Source: Octopus bimaculoides
Taxonomy: Eukaryota
Direction of reading: 5' to 3'
Assembly: GCF_001194135.2 (NCBI RefSeq)
Contig: NC_068985.1
Location: forward strand, 29,102,361 to 29,161,980
Length of the DNA: 59,620 nucleotides
Part shown: positions 1 to 12,852 of the stretch, in pieces
Layout of the letters: every line of letters starts with the position of its first letter
Numbering within the stretch: position 1 is the first letter of the stretch
Translations under genes and position numbers: made by a program
The notes under the pieces: generated by a model
Told to the model about the DNA's origin: nothing
Database searches by the model: none
Seen by the model: only the letters and a program-made list of their open reading frames with translations

Positions 1-70
1 AGGGATTCACACACACACACACACACACAGACAGACACACATTCTCATTTTTATATATATATATAGATAA

Positions 71-365
71 CAGGGGTTTTCAAACTTTTTGACATGCAGA
101 CCCCTTTATATTTCAGGCTTTACCTTAGGGACCCCCTTATAAACGCTTATGAAATTTATACATAAATATTTGCTTAAAATAACATATTTTTACATTTATT
201 TATTTAACAGTATTTAACAAATAGGTTTATTGTCAATTAAAAGATTTCGATTAAAAAACATATATAAAATCAAATTGCCCATAAAAAGTATTTGCTGTCT
301 ACGGAACCCCTGTCTTGTCCTTGCGGACCCCCTGTGGTCCGCAGACCACAGTTTGAAAACCTCTG
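71..365. mobile_element. hAT-like MITE (non-autonomous DNA transposon)
   Basis: 15-bp TIRs CAGGGGTTTTCAAAC (71-85) / GTTTGAAAACCTCTG (351-365), 1 mismatch; no ORF; CAGGGG terminus typical of hAT/Charlie; the 8-bp TSD is degenerate. Confidence 0.75.
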
Positions 366-512
366 GTTTATAACATATAAACATATATAACCAGGATCTG
401 CCTTATGAATTTCTTATGCTTGGTGCTGAACACAATAACAACAACAAACAACACATCAAACTTGTGTTATGAGACTGACATGGTAGTTCACACATACACA
501 CATGAAACTTAC

Positions 513-650
513 CAATATAACAGCTTGCAAGAGAGCTGCCCATAACGTTTTAATAGTACGATAGGGTGGTTCCACTTCATCTGTAAACACGTGGAGACGG
601 TCGGTCATGTTGTCAGATTCAGAAGATATATCAGAACGGAAGAAAAATCC
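513..650 (-). CDS. Candidate internal exon of an unidentified minus-strand gene (GFFFRSDISSESDNMTDRLHVFTDEVEPPYRTIKTLWAALLQAVIL); alternative shorter form 513-580
   Basis: Acceptor poly-T..catctttag, donor GTAAGT; one open frame over 138 nt; an internal acceptor (gtgtttacag) gives a phase-1 68-nt form. Confidence 0.6.
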
Positions 651-759
651 CTAAAGATGAAAAAAAAAAAAAAAGCAGGTAAGTAAAAGAAAAATTTTTT
701 TTTTGATTAAAGATTCATAAAAAATATTGTAAAGTTTGTACATAAATTGTTTTCAAAAT

Positions 760-960
760 TTGGCACAAGGCCAGCAACTTCAGGGGCAGAAGAAAGTCGA
801 TTACATTGATCCCAGTGCTTAACTGGCATTTGTTTAATTGATCCCAAAAGGGTGAAAGGTAGAGTAACCTTAGTGGAATTTGAACTCAGAACACAAAGAC
901 AGATGAAATGCCACTCAGCATTTTGCCCAGCGTGCTAACGATTCTGCCAGCTTGGCACCT
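760..960 (-). mobile_element. tRNA-derived SINE family B copy (about 210 bp; about 15 copies in window, e.g. 2620-2830 +, 5155-5345 +, 7420-7595 -, 15965-16175 -, 16605-17005 - tandem pair, 31258-31470 -, 36435-36630 -, 52610-52800 +, 58700-58850 +)
   Basis: Shared head GGCGAGCTGGCAGAATCGTTAGCA...GTTCTGAGTTCAAATT (A/B-box-like) and 3' end ...GGCCTTGTGCC..AGTAGAAAAG. Confidence 0.85.
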
Positions 961-1057
961 TAAAAGCTTGGACATAAATTACTATTAAAGATAAAATTTT
1001 GTTTATTTAAAAAAATTTTTTTTAGATATCATATAGGTGCAGGCATGTAATATAAGT

Positions 1058-1326
1058 GTAGGTGTGGCTGGGTGGTAAGAAACTTGCTTCCCAACCACAT
1101 GGTTCTGGGTTCAGTCTCACTGCATGACACCTTGTGCAAGTGTTTTCTACTATACCCACATATATACGACGGGCTTCTTTCAGTTTCCGTCTACCAAATC
1201 CACTCACAAGGCTTTGGTCGGCCTGAGGTTATAGTAGAAGACACTTGCCCAAGGTGCAATGCAGTGGGACTGAACCCGGAACCATGTGGTTCATAAGCAA
1301 GCTATTTACCACACAGCCACTCCTAC
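1058..1326. mobile_element. Two SINE family A heads in inverted orientation (1058-1154 +, about 1165-1326 -)
   Basis: Both match the family A head GGCTGTGTGGTAAGAAGCTTGCTTCCCAACCACATGGTTCCGGGTTCAGTCCCACTG; other copies at 2457, 4915, 6460, 21625, 30330, 45415, 46855, 54525. Confidence 0.85.
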
Positions 1327-1799
1327 GCCTATGTTTATCAAATGATTAAGTATTGACTTACATCTTTTTAATTAGTTCCACTTTAGGATCATAGATATCT
1401 ACATCAGCGTGGCTATGTAGTTAAGAAGTTTGCTTCCTAACTGCATGGTTTTGAGTTCAATTCCAATGGGAGCATCTTCAGTAAGAGTCTTCTATTATAG
1501 CTCCAGACTGACCAAAATCTTGTTAGTGAATTTGATAGATAGAAATTAAAGGAAGCCCATCAGAAATGTCTGTGAGAGGTGTCCCTTTGTTTTGACATCA
1601 CATGATAGTTGTGAGCAAATGTCACTGTCAATCAATTGGTGTTATTTATTCCCAATCTGCGTAAGCATGTCTGGCTATGGAAAAATATTAACCTGTCTGG
1701 AAACCAGTGAGGGCTGGTGACAGGATGGGCATCCAGCTGTAAAAATTTGCCTCAATGAATTCCATCAGACCCATGCAAACATAGAAAAGAGGACAAGGT

Positions 1800-1980
1800 G
1801 ACGATGATGGTGAAGACGACCATCATCATCATGATGGTGATGATGATGATGGTGGTGATAGTAATGATGAAGGTGGTGGTGATGGTGTTGATGATGGTGG
1901 CGCTGATGGTGGTGGTGATAGTGATGGTGATGGTGATGGTGGTGATGGCAGTAATAATGGTGGTGGTGATGATGATGAAG
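1800..1980. repeat. (ATG/GGT)n trinucleotide microsatellite, SINE tail
   Basis: Direct reading; explains the poly-His/Met/Val ORFs at 1752-2007. Confidence 0.95.
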
Positions 1981-2279
1981 CACATTGTTTCTGTCTACCA
2001 AATTTAACTCAGTCGGAGAAATTGGTCGACTTAGGAAGAGACTGCTGGCTAAGCTGCTAAGCTTCTACAGACTACAAGGTTCGTTCTAGTTTCTATAATG
2101 TTAAACTGATGAAAGAAATATATATATCTGAACAGGAAGCTGGACTACACATCACAAGTAATGTTACTCTTAATTAATTAAAATAAACTTTGGACTTATG
2201 TCATGTAAATTAACTTTCAACAACTTCCAGACAGGTTCCCCCTCCCCACCTCTCCCGTCCTTCCACAAATACTGCTTAC

Positions 2280-2407
2280 CAAAATATAACAGAAAACAAC
2301 CTGCCAAAACAAAATTGGAATCAATGGTCATTCTGGTATTATTCAGATCTATAGATAGCAACAGAGGAAGCCAGCCTTTTGTCCAAAAGAATAATTTATA
2401 TCTGATG
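2280..2407 (-). CDS. Candidate exon (IRYKLFFWTKGWLPLLLSIDLNNTRMTIDSNFVLAGCFLLYF); alternative acceptor gives 2280-2348
   Basis: Donor GTAAGC at 2279; two AG acceptors in one open frame; the long form joins 5774 (phase 2) and 580 (phase 1) in frame. Confidence 0.45.
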
Positions 2408-2949
2408 CTATAATGAATATGTTTTTTTTTTTTTCACAATAAACCAATATTATAGGCACTGCCATTGCTGTGTGGTAAGAAGCTTGCTTCCCAACCACAT
2501 GGTTCTGGGTTCAGCCCCACTGTGTGGCACCTTAGACAAGTGTCTTCTATAGCCTCGGGACGACCAAAGTTTTGTGAGTGGATTTGGTAAAAATTGAAAG
2601 AAGTGTGTGTGTGTGTGTGAAGATGGCAAGCTGGAAGAATCGTTAGCACGAAATGCTTAGTGGTATTTCATCTGTCTTTACGTTCTGAGTTCAAATTACC
2701 CCAAGGTCAACTTTGCCTTTCATCCTTTTGGGGTCGATTAAATTAAGTACCAGTTGCATACTGGTGTTGATCAATTCAACTGGCCCCCTCCCACCAAATT
2801 TCAGGCCTTGTGCCTATAGTAGAAAGGATTACTCTATTGTTGGAAGTTCTACATGCATTTATTACATTTATAAATACAGAACTAGCAAATGTCAGTGGTA
2901 CTTATTTTCAATCCTAAAGCAGAAATGTAGGAAGTGTATATGTGTGTAT

Positions 2950-2982
<33 letters not shown>

Positions 2983-3720
2983 NNNNNNNNNNNNNNNNNN
3001 NNNNNNNNNNNNNNNNNNNNNNNNNNNNNNNNNNNNNNNNNNNNNNNNNNNNNNNNNNNNNNNNNNNNNNNNNNNNNNNNNNNNNNNNNNNNNNNNNNNN
3101 NNNNNNNNNNNNNNNNNNNNNNNNNNNNNNNNNNNNNNNNNNNNNNNNNNNNNNNNNNNNNNNNNNNNNNNNNNNNNNNNNNNNNNNNNNNNNNNNNNNN
3201 NNNNNNNNNNNNNNNNNNNNNAATAGAATTAATAATTAACAATTTATTATGTATGTGTATATATATATATATATATAGTTTAATGTACATTGTACAGATG
3301 GAGTACTTTTTTTCTTGATCTTACCTTCACAGAAAAGCAAACACACACACATACAAACATATGCATAAATACACACACACACACACCTTGTATGCTTCAT
3401 GGCAGTTTGTTTTTTTTTCAGTTTTTATAACTACGTTTTCAAAAGAGGACTATAGCTATCTGATAGCATTATTCCACATTAGTTGACTAAAATAAATCAG
3501 AACAGAGACACTAGCTATTCACCGAGCTGCTAAAACACAATGTAATTTATATCGGACCATTAAATAAAATAATCAAAATGAGAAGCAGTGGGAGGAAACT
3601 GGGGGTGGTCTGCATCAGTAAAAATTATTCAGTGATATCTGGATGCTGTGGGCTGTAGAGAGTCCCATGGCATACAAACTTAACCAAATTTCATGAACTT
3701 TATCAAATCAAAAGTCAAGG

Positions 3721-4410
3721 ATTAGGTTGTCATAAATTTGTTCATTTCTTTCTAATGTTATTTAAATTCACATAAAAACTATTTTTATTATAGTGTTTTG
3801 TAGTTTTCTTTTTTGTTTGTTTTTTTTTTAGCTTTTCTCTTCCTCAACAAATTTTGTTTATCACTTTTGAAACTTGAATAAATTTTACCTCCTTTCAGAC
3901 AGATAATGACGAAGTACCAAGTAAAGGGGTGGGGAAGAAAAAAAAATGAATATTTTCAATACCGCTTTCATTCAAAGGTTCCAAAGCTGCATAAGACATT
4001 TGTGGTGTGTACAGAGAAGGTGCTAATACTGAAAGAACTACATAGAAACAGTCTCCATGCTTCAAAGAAGGGAAATTCAACCTCACAAACTCTTCATGTT
4101 CCAACCAGCCTGTTCAGTTCAATGATGATTGATTGAACAAGTTTATCCACAAAGATTTGTACCAACCCACTAAGGAATTGGCTCAGTAGATTGGAAATGC
4201 TCATGATATTTCTGCTGATGACCTTGACTCAATGGCCAGTCCAACTGCAATCTGGCCACCAACACGCTGTGCTTCTTCAATGCGACCCTCACCTTGCCAT
4301 GTAGCTAATTTGACCAAAAATACCATTCAAAAGTTTGGCTGGGAAATTCTACATCTTTCTTGGTCACATACCAATAATCTGTGAGGAATTTCGTTCAATA
4401 ATGACAGGGA
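3721..4410 (+). mobile_element. Degenerate, internally deleted mariner transposase remnant
   Basis: With stops/frameshifts reads KNEYFQY..GSKAA*DICGVYREGANTERT..FKEGKFNL..PVQFNDD*LNK..PTKELAQ (HTH region), then HVANLTKNTIQKFGWEIL (NARPH..LGWEVLPHP region); TIR-like ATTAGGTTGTC at 3721. Confidence 0.8.
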
Positions 4411-5773
4411 CTAAATTTCGAGGCAAGACCCAGTGGTTTCTATGGTTAAGGCATTGACAAGCCAGTAATTTATGAGGAAGGGGTTAGTCAATTACATCTC
4501 AACCTCAGTACTTAACTGGTGTTTTATTGTATTGACCTTGGAGAGATGAATGAAAAGCTAACTCAGTGGGATTTGAATTCATAATGGAATGGAATGAATG
4601 TAGCAAAGGAGCTCTAATGAAGGTTTTATTTGTTTCAATCATTAAACTATAGTCCTGCTAGGGCACAGCCTTGAAGAATTTGCTGTGTTAAAACCAAGCA
4701 AAAACAGAATTTATTTAATGAGGTACCCCTTAAAACATTACCTGAGGAGATGCACCTGTGCCAAGGGATGCACCACAACCAGTTGTACAATATCCCACCC
4801 ATGAGGGATCGATGCAGGATGGGACCAAAATGATTGTTGTGAACAATAAAGTTTCTCATATATTCTATTTTTTGTCTATCATTTGTTTTACACACACACA
4901 CACACACACACACATGATGGACTTCTTTCAGTTTCTATCAACCAAATCTACTCATAAGGCTTTGGTCAACCCTTTTGTCAGCCCAAGGCTACAGTGGAAG
5001 ATACTTGCCCAAGGTACCATGCAGTGGGTCTGAACCCAGAACCATGTGGTTGGGAAGCAAGCTTCTTACCACACAACCAGGTCTAAAAAATATATACATA
5101 GTGTGTGTGTGTGTGTGTGTAACTGCATAAAATTGATGGTAACTATTAAATAAAGGTAGTGAGATGGCACAATGTTGAGTGACATTTCTTCAAGCTTTGT
5201 GCCCTGAGTTCAGATACTACTGAGGTCAACTTTGTCTTTCACCCTTTTGAGGTCAATAAAATAAGAACCAGTCAAGTACAGGGGTTGATGTAATCAATTT
5301 TTCCCCTCCCCTCAAAATTGTTGGTATGTGCCAAAATTAGAAGGAATTATAAAATAAATAAATAAACCAAATAAAAACCGAAGGAATACCAAATCTGAAC
5401 TATATTCTAAATCATATCCACTCGATTAAAGAACCAAATATCATAGAACATGCTCGACATTGATTTTTCCCCGCTTCTAGATTCCATACTATTCATGTAT
5501 TACAAACATGTCTACCTACCTTTAAAATAACTCCCAAAAGATTAATCCAAAGAAATCAATACCAACATCAGAGTCATTACCAAAGTCAATAAGTCACCAA
5601 CCATCCTGTCACCCAGCCAACCTATATCTGGTCTTTCAACAATACATTTCCTACTCCATTCATTATTTCATTTCAAACTCTGCCAATTGGTAAGTCTCTT
5701 AATTTACTACATTTAGTAGCAAGAATCTCCAATACAAGTTATTGGGATACCTTGGATACTAGTACTGACTCAC

Positions 5774-5879
5774 CAGTAAAATTTCTGGCAAATTCTAATG
5801 AAATGGGGCAACGGCAATGCTTTGCCAATGTTGATCATTCTAATCCTCTCTTTTAAATGTGAGTAGCCATGTGGATCCT
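5774..5879 (-). CDS. Candidate internal exon (DPHGYSHLKERIRMINIGKALPLPHFIRICQKFY)
   Basis: Acceptor ttcttattgtag, donor GTGAGT; 106 nt, only one frame open (phase 1 to 2); non-repetitive. Confidence 0.6.
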
Positions 5880-8374
5880 CTACAATAAGAACCAGCTCTG
5901 TCCTCTTCTCTGATACTTTAACCTTTCATCTCCTAGCATAAAGGTAGGAAGTGCATAGTCCTGTGAGTTGCCTGGCAACCTTACTAGTCATAAGTGGCAC
6001 AAAGAAAAAAAAAAAAAAGGCATCCAGAACATGCTGTAAAGTGCTTTGCATTAGGAAGGGCACCCAACCTTGGAAAATATGCCAGAGCAGACACTGGAGC
6101 ATGATGTAGTCCTTAAATCCATCAGAACTGGTCAAACCATCCAACCCATGCCAACATGGAACAAGGATGTTAGATGATGATGATGATGATGACTAAAGGT
6201 ACAAAAAAGAAATCATCAACACAGAGACAGGAAAGAACTATAGATTTCTTGACATGTCATTAAAAAGGGGGTAGGCAACCATCATCAAACCAGAATCTTA
6301 CTGGAAGATATGAGACAACAGAGAAGATTCTGAGATGCTTTGCAGTGCTAATAGTTAAAGCAGTCTCTTAAAGACACTAGAACAATTTGATTTCTCTCCA
6401 GTTAAGAATTACATTTCACAGAAGTGTTCCTTACTCTTAAAACCATCCTCGTGGGATTAAATATGTGCAGATGTGACAATGTGGTTAGAGGGTTCAATTC
6501 ACAACTATATGGTCTCAGGTTCAATCCTACAGAGCAGCACTTAGGGCAAGTGTTTTCTACCACAGGTTCACATTAAATTTAGTAGACAGAAACCATGTGG
6601 AAGTCCATAAGGACAGTTGCTATCCTTGTGTGGAAGATTTAATCCATCACTTATTTTAACTCCACAACCATCTAGCCCCAGATGTCTTTAACAGAGACCA
6701 CTTTGTTACAAAATTTGGGGCCAAGTCTGTAGTTTGAAAATGGCTTCTTCCCACTAATTTTGGAGGCTCTCACATTCTTTCTCTGACTAAAATATTAACA
6801 AAGAAAAAACATTTTAAGTGAAAATGTAGCCAGCAGCTTTGTTTATCAACTTTCTGTATTAAATTAAAGGCTAAACAACACCCTAAGGGATAAAAATTAC
6901 TTTATTTGCAAGCTTGAATTGGCAACTATCATATTCAAGTAAGAATTGAGATACTTGTCAATCATTCTTTTCTTTATTAATGATATTTGTATGCAAATTA
7001 ACAGCTGTGGTGTATCTTGACTGGATATTTAATTTTTGTATTTGGTTTGCAAGTTTCTTGATGTGAACTTATGTGTTGAAACAGATTTTGTTGTATCTTG
7101 AGAGGGTCATTACACCAATAACTAACACATGCACTGGTTCTATTTCACTTTTACTATTATTAGTCAATTGCTTAACCATCTAGCCAGTTAACTAACCAAT
7201 TGTTTACTTAATCATTCAGTCAGCCAGTCAGCTAGGTTTATCAAAGTCCTAGACCTGAAGAAGACCAGGAGTAAGGAGGGCATGTCATTGATGGGGTCAA
7301 GATTGGCAATGAATGAACACTGACAAACTTAGCTGATTGATTGAGTGATTGACCAATTAATTAATCAAGCAATTGATTAGTTAGTTAGGTAAATGGTTAA
7401 CCAACTAATTACAATCCTTTCTATTATAGGCACAAGGCCTGAAATTTAGGGAAATGGGGGTGGGGATTAGTACTTATTTCATTGAGCTTCAAAGGATGAA
7501 ACGCATAGTCAACCTCAGGGGAATTTGAACACAGAACATTAAGACATGAAATGCTACTAAGCATTCTAGAGATTCTACCAACTCACCACCTTAAATTGAC
7601 TAATAATAATAAAGAAGTGAAATAAAGTTAGTGTGTGTGTTCATTATTGGCACAATGACCCTTCCAAGATACAAAGTAACTGACTGTGTTGTTATGCAAA
7701 AGAATAAGTAACCTACTGTAGACCAACTCACAATAAGGAATCAAGTCTACAAACCAATTTCAATTTCTGGCTGAAACTAGTTCATGTCGTTTATGACACG
7801 GATGAGAAATTACTAAACATCACATAAGTTCATTTCCTTCTGTGCTAAAAATTACCATACGAAAACACGGAACATGTTGTAAGACTATGTTTTTGGAGGG
7901 GTGAAGACTGGAAACAAGCAACATGCTCATTTACAACTATCAAGATAAGGGTACACACAGACATAGACACATCATAATCATCATCATTCAATATCCATTT
8001 TCCATGTTGACATGGGTTGGATGGTTTGACTGAAAACTGGTAAGCCAGGGAGCTGCACCAGGTTCCAATCTGATTTGGCATGATTTCTGTGGCTCAATGT
8101 CTTTCCTAACGCCACTAGCGTAGCCAGAGATGGGGAAGGGGCATTCCACCCCAGGCAGCACTTTCCATCCTGTTGTAGGCTATTGCTGTAGGCAATATGT
8201 GATTTTTGCAGGGTCCAGGGACGGCAAACAGAAGGGCTGCCCCAGGTAGCACACACTATAGCCTTGCTACTACCTAACGCCAACCACTCCAAGAGTGTAG
8301 TGGGTGCTTTTTACATGCTACCAGCATGAGTGCCATTGATGTGCCACACGTATGTGTGGCACATATATAAATAT

Positions 8375-8575
8375 ATATAGGGGGAGAATTCACAAAAAAA
8401 AAAAAAAAGACGAAGACAGGTGGTGTCGACAATAAACAGATGTATTAGTATAACACTCAGGAAATGAAAAAATCTTTAACATTTCAAGCCTATGCTCTTC
8501 CACAGAATGGAACACAGAAAGAAACAAGGAGAGAAAAAAAATGTGTAGTGGCTAGCGATCAATCATGGCGAATAT
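8375..8575 (-). mobile_element. About 200-bp dispersed repeat with a hammerhead-like core (Penelope pLTR-like); second copy 39060-39260
   Basis: Two diverged copies share ends and the minus-strand motif CTGTNGA-A-GAGC-NTAG-GCTY-GAAA. Confidence 0.6.
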
Positions 8576-8927
8576 ATTAAATATATATATATATATCATC
8601 ATCATCATCATCATCGTTTAACGTCCGCTTTCCATGCTAGCATGGGTTGGACGATTTGNNNNNNNNNNNNNNNNNNNNNNNNNNNNNNNNNNNNNNNNNN
8701 NNNNNNNNNNNNNNNNNNNNNNNNNNNNNNNNNNNNNNNNNNNNNNNNNNNNNNNNNNNNNNNNNNNNNNNNNNNNNNNNNNNNNNNNNNNNNNNNNNNN
8801 NNNNNNNNNNNNNNNNNNNNNNNNNNNNNNNNNNNNNNNNNNNNNNNNNNNNNNNNNNNNNNNNNNNNNNNNNNNNNNNNNNNNNNNNNNNNNNNNNNNN
8901 NNNNNNNNNNNNNNNNNNNNNNNNNNN

Positions 8928-8980
<53 letters not shown>

Positions 8981-11900
8981 ACACACAGAGAGGTTTCTTT
9001 CAGTTTCCATCAACCAAATCCACTCACAATGGTGGTAGCAAAGCATACTTTTTGATCATGCATCTATGCTACACACTATTTCCTTGTTAACATATAAAGC
9101 TATTTGTCCTATCACTCTCTAGCATTTTGTTCTCATAATGTGAGCCCACTTTGAAAACCAATTATCCAGCTTTCCTTCTACTGTCTACACTTCACAATGT
9201 CTATACACTCACTGGTACATTATATCTAAATTCATATGATCACACCTCATCTCACTCACTCTCTCTCCCCACAGACACACACACATCAATAACAACAAAG
9301 ATCTCTCTGGCTGACTTAGTAAAATGGTTTAAATTATGAGTTCTTTAAAGAAGCAGCCTATATATGGAATCTGTAATCACTTTGAGTGTTACAAAAAGTG
9401 AACAATTTAAAGTGAGAGGATGAACTAATGGTAAAGTATTTAATGCTATAAAAACAACTGCTGCAACTTCAGCAGTAGTCATATCACATGACAGGCCACG
9501 TCAAATTATATGGAAAAGTGGACATTGAAATGATGACAATGGTGTGTGTGTGTGTGTGTGCACGCGCACATAGGAAATTCTTCAAGCACTCCTGTAAAAT
9601 CAGTCAGCATAAGAATCTAAAAACTTTACATATACACCTTCTACTGACACTAACCTATTTAGTGGATAGGAAAGAAGAGCAGAACAGATGAAAAGGAGAA
9701 AGAAAAAAAATCATCTAGTTTATTCATCAGTCTCCAAAGACCATAATTCAAATCCAGTAATTCTTTCAATTGCCTTCTGGCTAAGATCAAAGTGTCACCA
9801 AAACAATTAAGATCCATGATGATGAATACTATCAGTAGCAATCTTTTAACTTCTGCCTCAATCCATCAATGTCACAGCATTGTCTTTGCACTATTTCTCT
9901 AGTCATGACAGCTATAAATATAGATCATTGTCGTTTTCATCATCGCTGACATCATCTTCATCATGTTTTCATCATCATCATCAACCCCTGCTGGACACTA
10001 CTGTTTCAGGGCCGTTCCATGGTGTATAAGGAACCAAGATCACATTCCCTGCCTACCCCCTACCACATCAGGTCGCCAGTCCATTGTAGAGTTACTCATT
10101 TACAGCCAAGTGGACTGGAGCAACATGAAATGAAGGGTTTCACTCAAGAACAAATGTGCAACCCCATCGAAACCACAATCTTGTGACCATGAATGCAACA
10201 TCCTAACAATTGGGCCACGTGCCTTCACAGAACGTCAGCACACATGTAATTATGCAGCCAAAGTTTACCATGAATTAACAGGCATAATACCAAAGGTATT
10301 ACTGTCTTGGATATCTCATGTTTTTGTCCAGCTACAATTACATTGTTCAATGGAGATAGCATTTTTCACACAGAAGGTGTGACGAGAGAATTTGGTACTT
10401 ATTTCCAGCAGCAATATCTCTAAATGTGGACTAACTCTGTCTGTGATGTCCTGTCCAAGCTACATTAACATGGCAAGACAATAGAATAACAACAATGGTT
10501 GACAAAACTATGACAACTACACTAGTAGGCTTCACATGCAGTGTAAAAGCTCTCTGATAAGTCACAAGGTCTATAAATGATGACAGATGTAACCGCAGAA
10601 TAATGTTTATAAATTTTGACAGCCGTAACCACAGAACAGCATTTATAAACAATGACAGTTGTTAACTCAATACAGATGTGTTTATAAAATAAACTAGATT
10701 AAACCAGAGTACAACAGTTTAGAAGTAATCACAGACATAGCTGTGTGGTTAAGTTGAATTCAATTGCACGACTCTTTCAGAAAATATCTTCTAGGTATGT
10801 GAGTAAAATTTAGTAAATAGAATCTTATAGGAACTATCAACTTCATATAGCTGAATACTAAATTTATACTATTTCCCAGTTTAACAATACCACCTAAATC
10901 CTTTGGTGTCTTAAACAGAGTCTGTTCTGGTGTAAACATTTTGGACCAGGTCTCCAATCTGAAGATAACTTTCTCCTCACCAGTCAGCAAATCCTGAAAA
11001 CTGACTTCCTTTTCCGCTAAGGCATTACATAAAAGAAAGCAAAACTATCATTTAACAACTACTTTTCTATGCTTGCATGAGTCAGAAAGAACTTCTTAAG
11101 GCAGATTTTCTACGCCTGGTTGCACTTCCTGTTGCTAACCCTCACCTGTTTCCGACCAAAATAATATTTCTCTGTGATCAGACATGTTTTTGTTTTTTGT
11201 TTATTTATGGAAGACTGGAAATGAACAACACTGCTTGTATGACAATGATGCTCATTTACAACCATCACATAATAATCAAGCTAAGGCTGCACACAAANNN
11301 NNNNNNNNNNNNNNNNNNNNNNNNNNNNNNNNNNNNNNNNNNNNNNNNNNNNNNNNNNNNNNNNNNNNNNNNNNNNNNNNNNNNNNNNNNNNNNNNNNNN
11401 NNNNNNNNNNNNNNNNNNNNNNNNNNNNNNNNNNNNNNNNNNNNNNNNNNNNNNNNNNNNNNNNNNNNNNNNNNNNNNNNNNNNNNNNNNNNNNNNNNNN
11501 NNNNNNNNNNNNNNNNNNNNNNNNNNNNNNNNNNNNNNNNNNNNNNNNNNNNNNNNNNNNNNNNNNNNNNNNNNNNNNNNNNNNNNNNNNNNNNNNNNNN
11601 NNNNNNNNNNNNNNNNNNNNNNNNNNNNNNNNNNNNNNNNNNNNNNNNNNNNNNNNNNNNNNNNNNNNNNNNNNNNNNNNNNNNNNNNNNNNNNNNNNNN
11701 NNNNNNNNNNNNNNNNNNNNNNNNNNNNNNNNNNNNNNNNNNNNNNNNNNNNNNNNNNNNNNNNNNNNNNNNNNNNNNNNNNNNNNNNNNNNNNNNNNNN
11801 NNNNNNNNNNNNNNNNNNNNNNNNNNNNNNNNNNNNNNNNNNNNNNNNNNNNNNNNNNNNNNNNNNNNNNNNNNNNNNNNNNNNNNNNNNNNNNNNNNNN

Positions 11901-12529
11901 NNNNNNNNNNNNNNNNNNNNNNNNNNNNNNNNNNNNNNNNNNNNNNNNNNNNNNNNNNNNNNNNNNNNNNNNNNNNNNNNNNNNNNNNNNNNNNNNNNNN
12001 NNNNNNNNNNNNNNNNNNNNNNNNNNNNNNNNNNNNNNNNNNNNNNNNNNNNNNNNNGGTAAATTGACACGATACAATGTCTGCAAGTGGATGAATACTA
12101 CCTGTTCCCCTCCATTGTCTTATTGCTATATAAATTAAAGGTAAAATATCCTTTTACCAGCACCCATTTATTGCACTTGGTAATACGAAGGAAAAACACT
12201 AGTGTAATAATAATTGGGTATTCTTCCGGCAGTATATTGGATAGATATTATCCCTTAGTGGGTTGAATTCACAAGCCCTAACTTTCTTGGATGTGTGTAT
12301 ATATATATATATATATATACATACATACAGAGAGAGAGAGAGAGAGAGAGATGGATGGATGGATAGATAGATAAATAGATAGATAGATATATAAATAGAT
12401 ATATTTTCGGTGCGAATGATTTTGTTAAGCGGTGTCAAGTTTTACAGTTTTGTAAATAATAATAATAATGGTATTTTTTCATAAGCTTAAAGCTTATAAA
12501 AAAAATACCATATATATGACCTAAATGCA

Positions 12530-12852
12530 ATATATGAGTGGGCAGACCAAAACAATATGCAGTTCAATGCGGAAAAATTTCAAGTACTGCGCTACAAGGC
12601 CACAAGTGCCTCCCAACTGGCATACACAGGACCTGGAGGTACTGAAATCCCAGAACCACAAGCTGTGAGAGACCTGGACATCAACATGTGTAGTGATGCA
12701 TCATTTCACATGCACATTGTCAAGTTGACAGCAAAGTGCAGACAGCTGGCGGGGTGGATACTGAGGACATTCCGTACAAGGGATCAAAAAGTCATGTTGA
12801 CTCTATGGAAGACATTTGTCCCGAGCCACCTAGACTATTGCTCTCAGTTGTG
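12530..12852 (+). mobile_element. CR1/L2-clade LINE reverse-transcriptase C-terminal fragment
   Basis: MQFNAEKFQVLRY...VRDLDI..SDASFHMHI..AGWILRTFRTRD..MLTLWKTFV..HLDYCSQLW matches the post-RT region of CR1-like LINEs; runs into a gap. Confidence 0.85.

Noticed and set aside
513-580. Similarity of EPPYRTIKTLWAALLQ to the GPR155 N-terminal segment
   Set aside because: Only a few identities from memory, and the upstream exons do not fit; no gene symbol assigned
1752-2007. Poly-His / Met-Val / Thr-Ile ORFs (also 58252-58720, 45837-46266, 52926-53108)
   Set aside because: Translations of (CAT/ATG/GAT)n microsatellites and SINE tails; no splice or compositional support
10431-10652. Hydrophobic 73-aa ORF resembling a GPCR or Cys-loop TM segment
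   Set aside because: Overlaps a 36-bp tandem repeat; no diagnostic motif or convincing splice sites
10760-10995. ORF DLLTGEEKVIFRLETW... as a host exon (loosely like a prolyl-4-hydroxylase N-terminus)
   Set aside because: No good donor, spacing does not fit that domain, and a stop-containing paralogous copy exists at about 6690-6780
11077-12138. Long ORFs made mostly of X (here and at other gaps, e.g. 44496-45606)
   Set aside because: Open only because N runs contain no stop codons
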